DNA from: Eledone cirrhosa
Lineage: Eukaryota
DNA: 64,000 nucleotides
Direction of reading: 5' to 3'
NCBI GenBank assembly: GCA_964016885.1
Contig: OZ024744.1
Location: 135,284,001-135,348,000, forward strand
In this document: positions 63,779-64,000 of the stretch, one piece after another
How the letters are laid out: every line of letters starts with the position of its first letter
How positions within the stretch are numbered: position 1 is the first letter of the stretch
Notes under the pieces: generated by a model
The model's database searches: none
Told to the model about the DNA's origin: nothing
The model's input: the letters and a program-made list of their open reading frames with translations, nothing else
Position numbers and translations under genes: made by a program

Positions 63779-63818
63779 GGTTAAGTTAAGTTGGGGTTAA
63801 CCCCAACTTAACTTAACC
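63779..63818. other. Head-to-head inversion junction; perfect 40-bp palindrome centred on TTAA (63797-63800)
   Basis: ggttaagttaagttggggtt|aaccccaacttaacttaacc. The first mismatch is T63778 versus C63819; imperfect inverted symmetry extends to the window end. Confidence 0.97.
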
Positions 63819-64000
63819 CCAACTTCACTCAACCCCAACTTAACTCAACCCCAACTTAACTTAACCCCAACTTCACTCAATCCCAACTTAACTCAACCCC
63901 AACTTAACTTAACCCCGACTTAACTTAACCCCAACTTAACTTAACCCCAACTTAACTTAACCCCAACTTAACTTAACCCCAACTTAACTCACACCCAACT
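63799..64000 (-). repeat. Same 16-bp array in inverted orientation (CCCCAACTTAACTTAA on +)
   Basis: From 63799 the + strand reads aaccccaacttaacttaacccc..., the reverse complement of the monomer, and continues to the window end. Confidence 0.99.

Larger units (their letters stand above)
1..63798 (+). repeat. Tandem satellite / telomere-like array, 16-bp monomer TTAAGTTAAGTTGGGG, G-rich strand on +
   Basis: Uninterrupted repetition of TTAAG TTAAG TTGGGG from base 1 to the strand switch. Only single-base variants and short length variants (e.g. 11-mer TTAAGTTGGGG, 15-mers) occur, and no unique sequence was seen. The array runs off the left edge of the window. Confidence 0.99.

Noticed and set aside
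1-63798. CRISPR array or information-encoding repeat/spacer system
   Set aside because: There are no unique spacers, leader or cas genes. The variation consists of point mutations propagated by duplication.
63797-63800. piggyBac TTAA target or excision footprint, or transposon terminal inverted repeats
   Set aside because: TTAA occurs thousands of times as part of the monomer, and no transposase or element sequence is present.
63779-63818. Rho-independent terminator or structured ncRNA
   Set aside because: The hairpin is a by-product of the array inversion. There is no U-tract, upstream gene or evidence of transcription.
1-64000. Protein-coding ORFs
   Set aside because: TTAA gives TAA on both strands twice per monomer, and 16 is not a multiple of 3, so all six frames are closed within about 48 bp in consensus sequence.
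63597-64000. Fold-back/hairpin read artefact or covalently closed hairpin telomere
   Set aside because: Either would give an exact mirror. The arms diverge after 20 bp and carry different variants. A chimeric assembly join is not excluded.
1-64000. Assignment to a specific organism or named satellite family
   Set aside because: The monomer is not one I recognise with certainty; a database search is required.

Overview
The whole window is one non-coding tandem array of a 16-bp G-rich, C-free monomer, consensus TTAAG-TTAAG-TTGGGG, at roughly 4,000 copies. No genes, RNA genes, CRISPR spacers or transposon ORFs can be supported. Point and indel variants of the monomer occur in conserved ordered modules. 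These modules are reshuffled and re-amplified as kb-scale higher-order duplications, with offsets of about 1323, 1659, 2888, 3032, 6400-6480, 6800, 8100-8400 and 46,000 bp (measured by eye between private marker variants). The most notable feature is at 63,798/63,799, where the array flips strand through a shared TTAA (GGGG-TTAA-CCCC). This gives a (G-rich)n-(C-rich)n head-to-head junction, the orientation expected of a telomere-telomere fusion or an inversion within a satellite. The inverted arm carries different variants, so it is not a mirror copy. The monomer looks like a compound telomere-type motif, but neither its telomeric status nor the organism can be established from this window.
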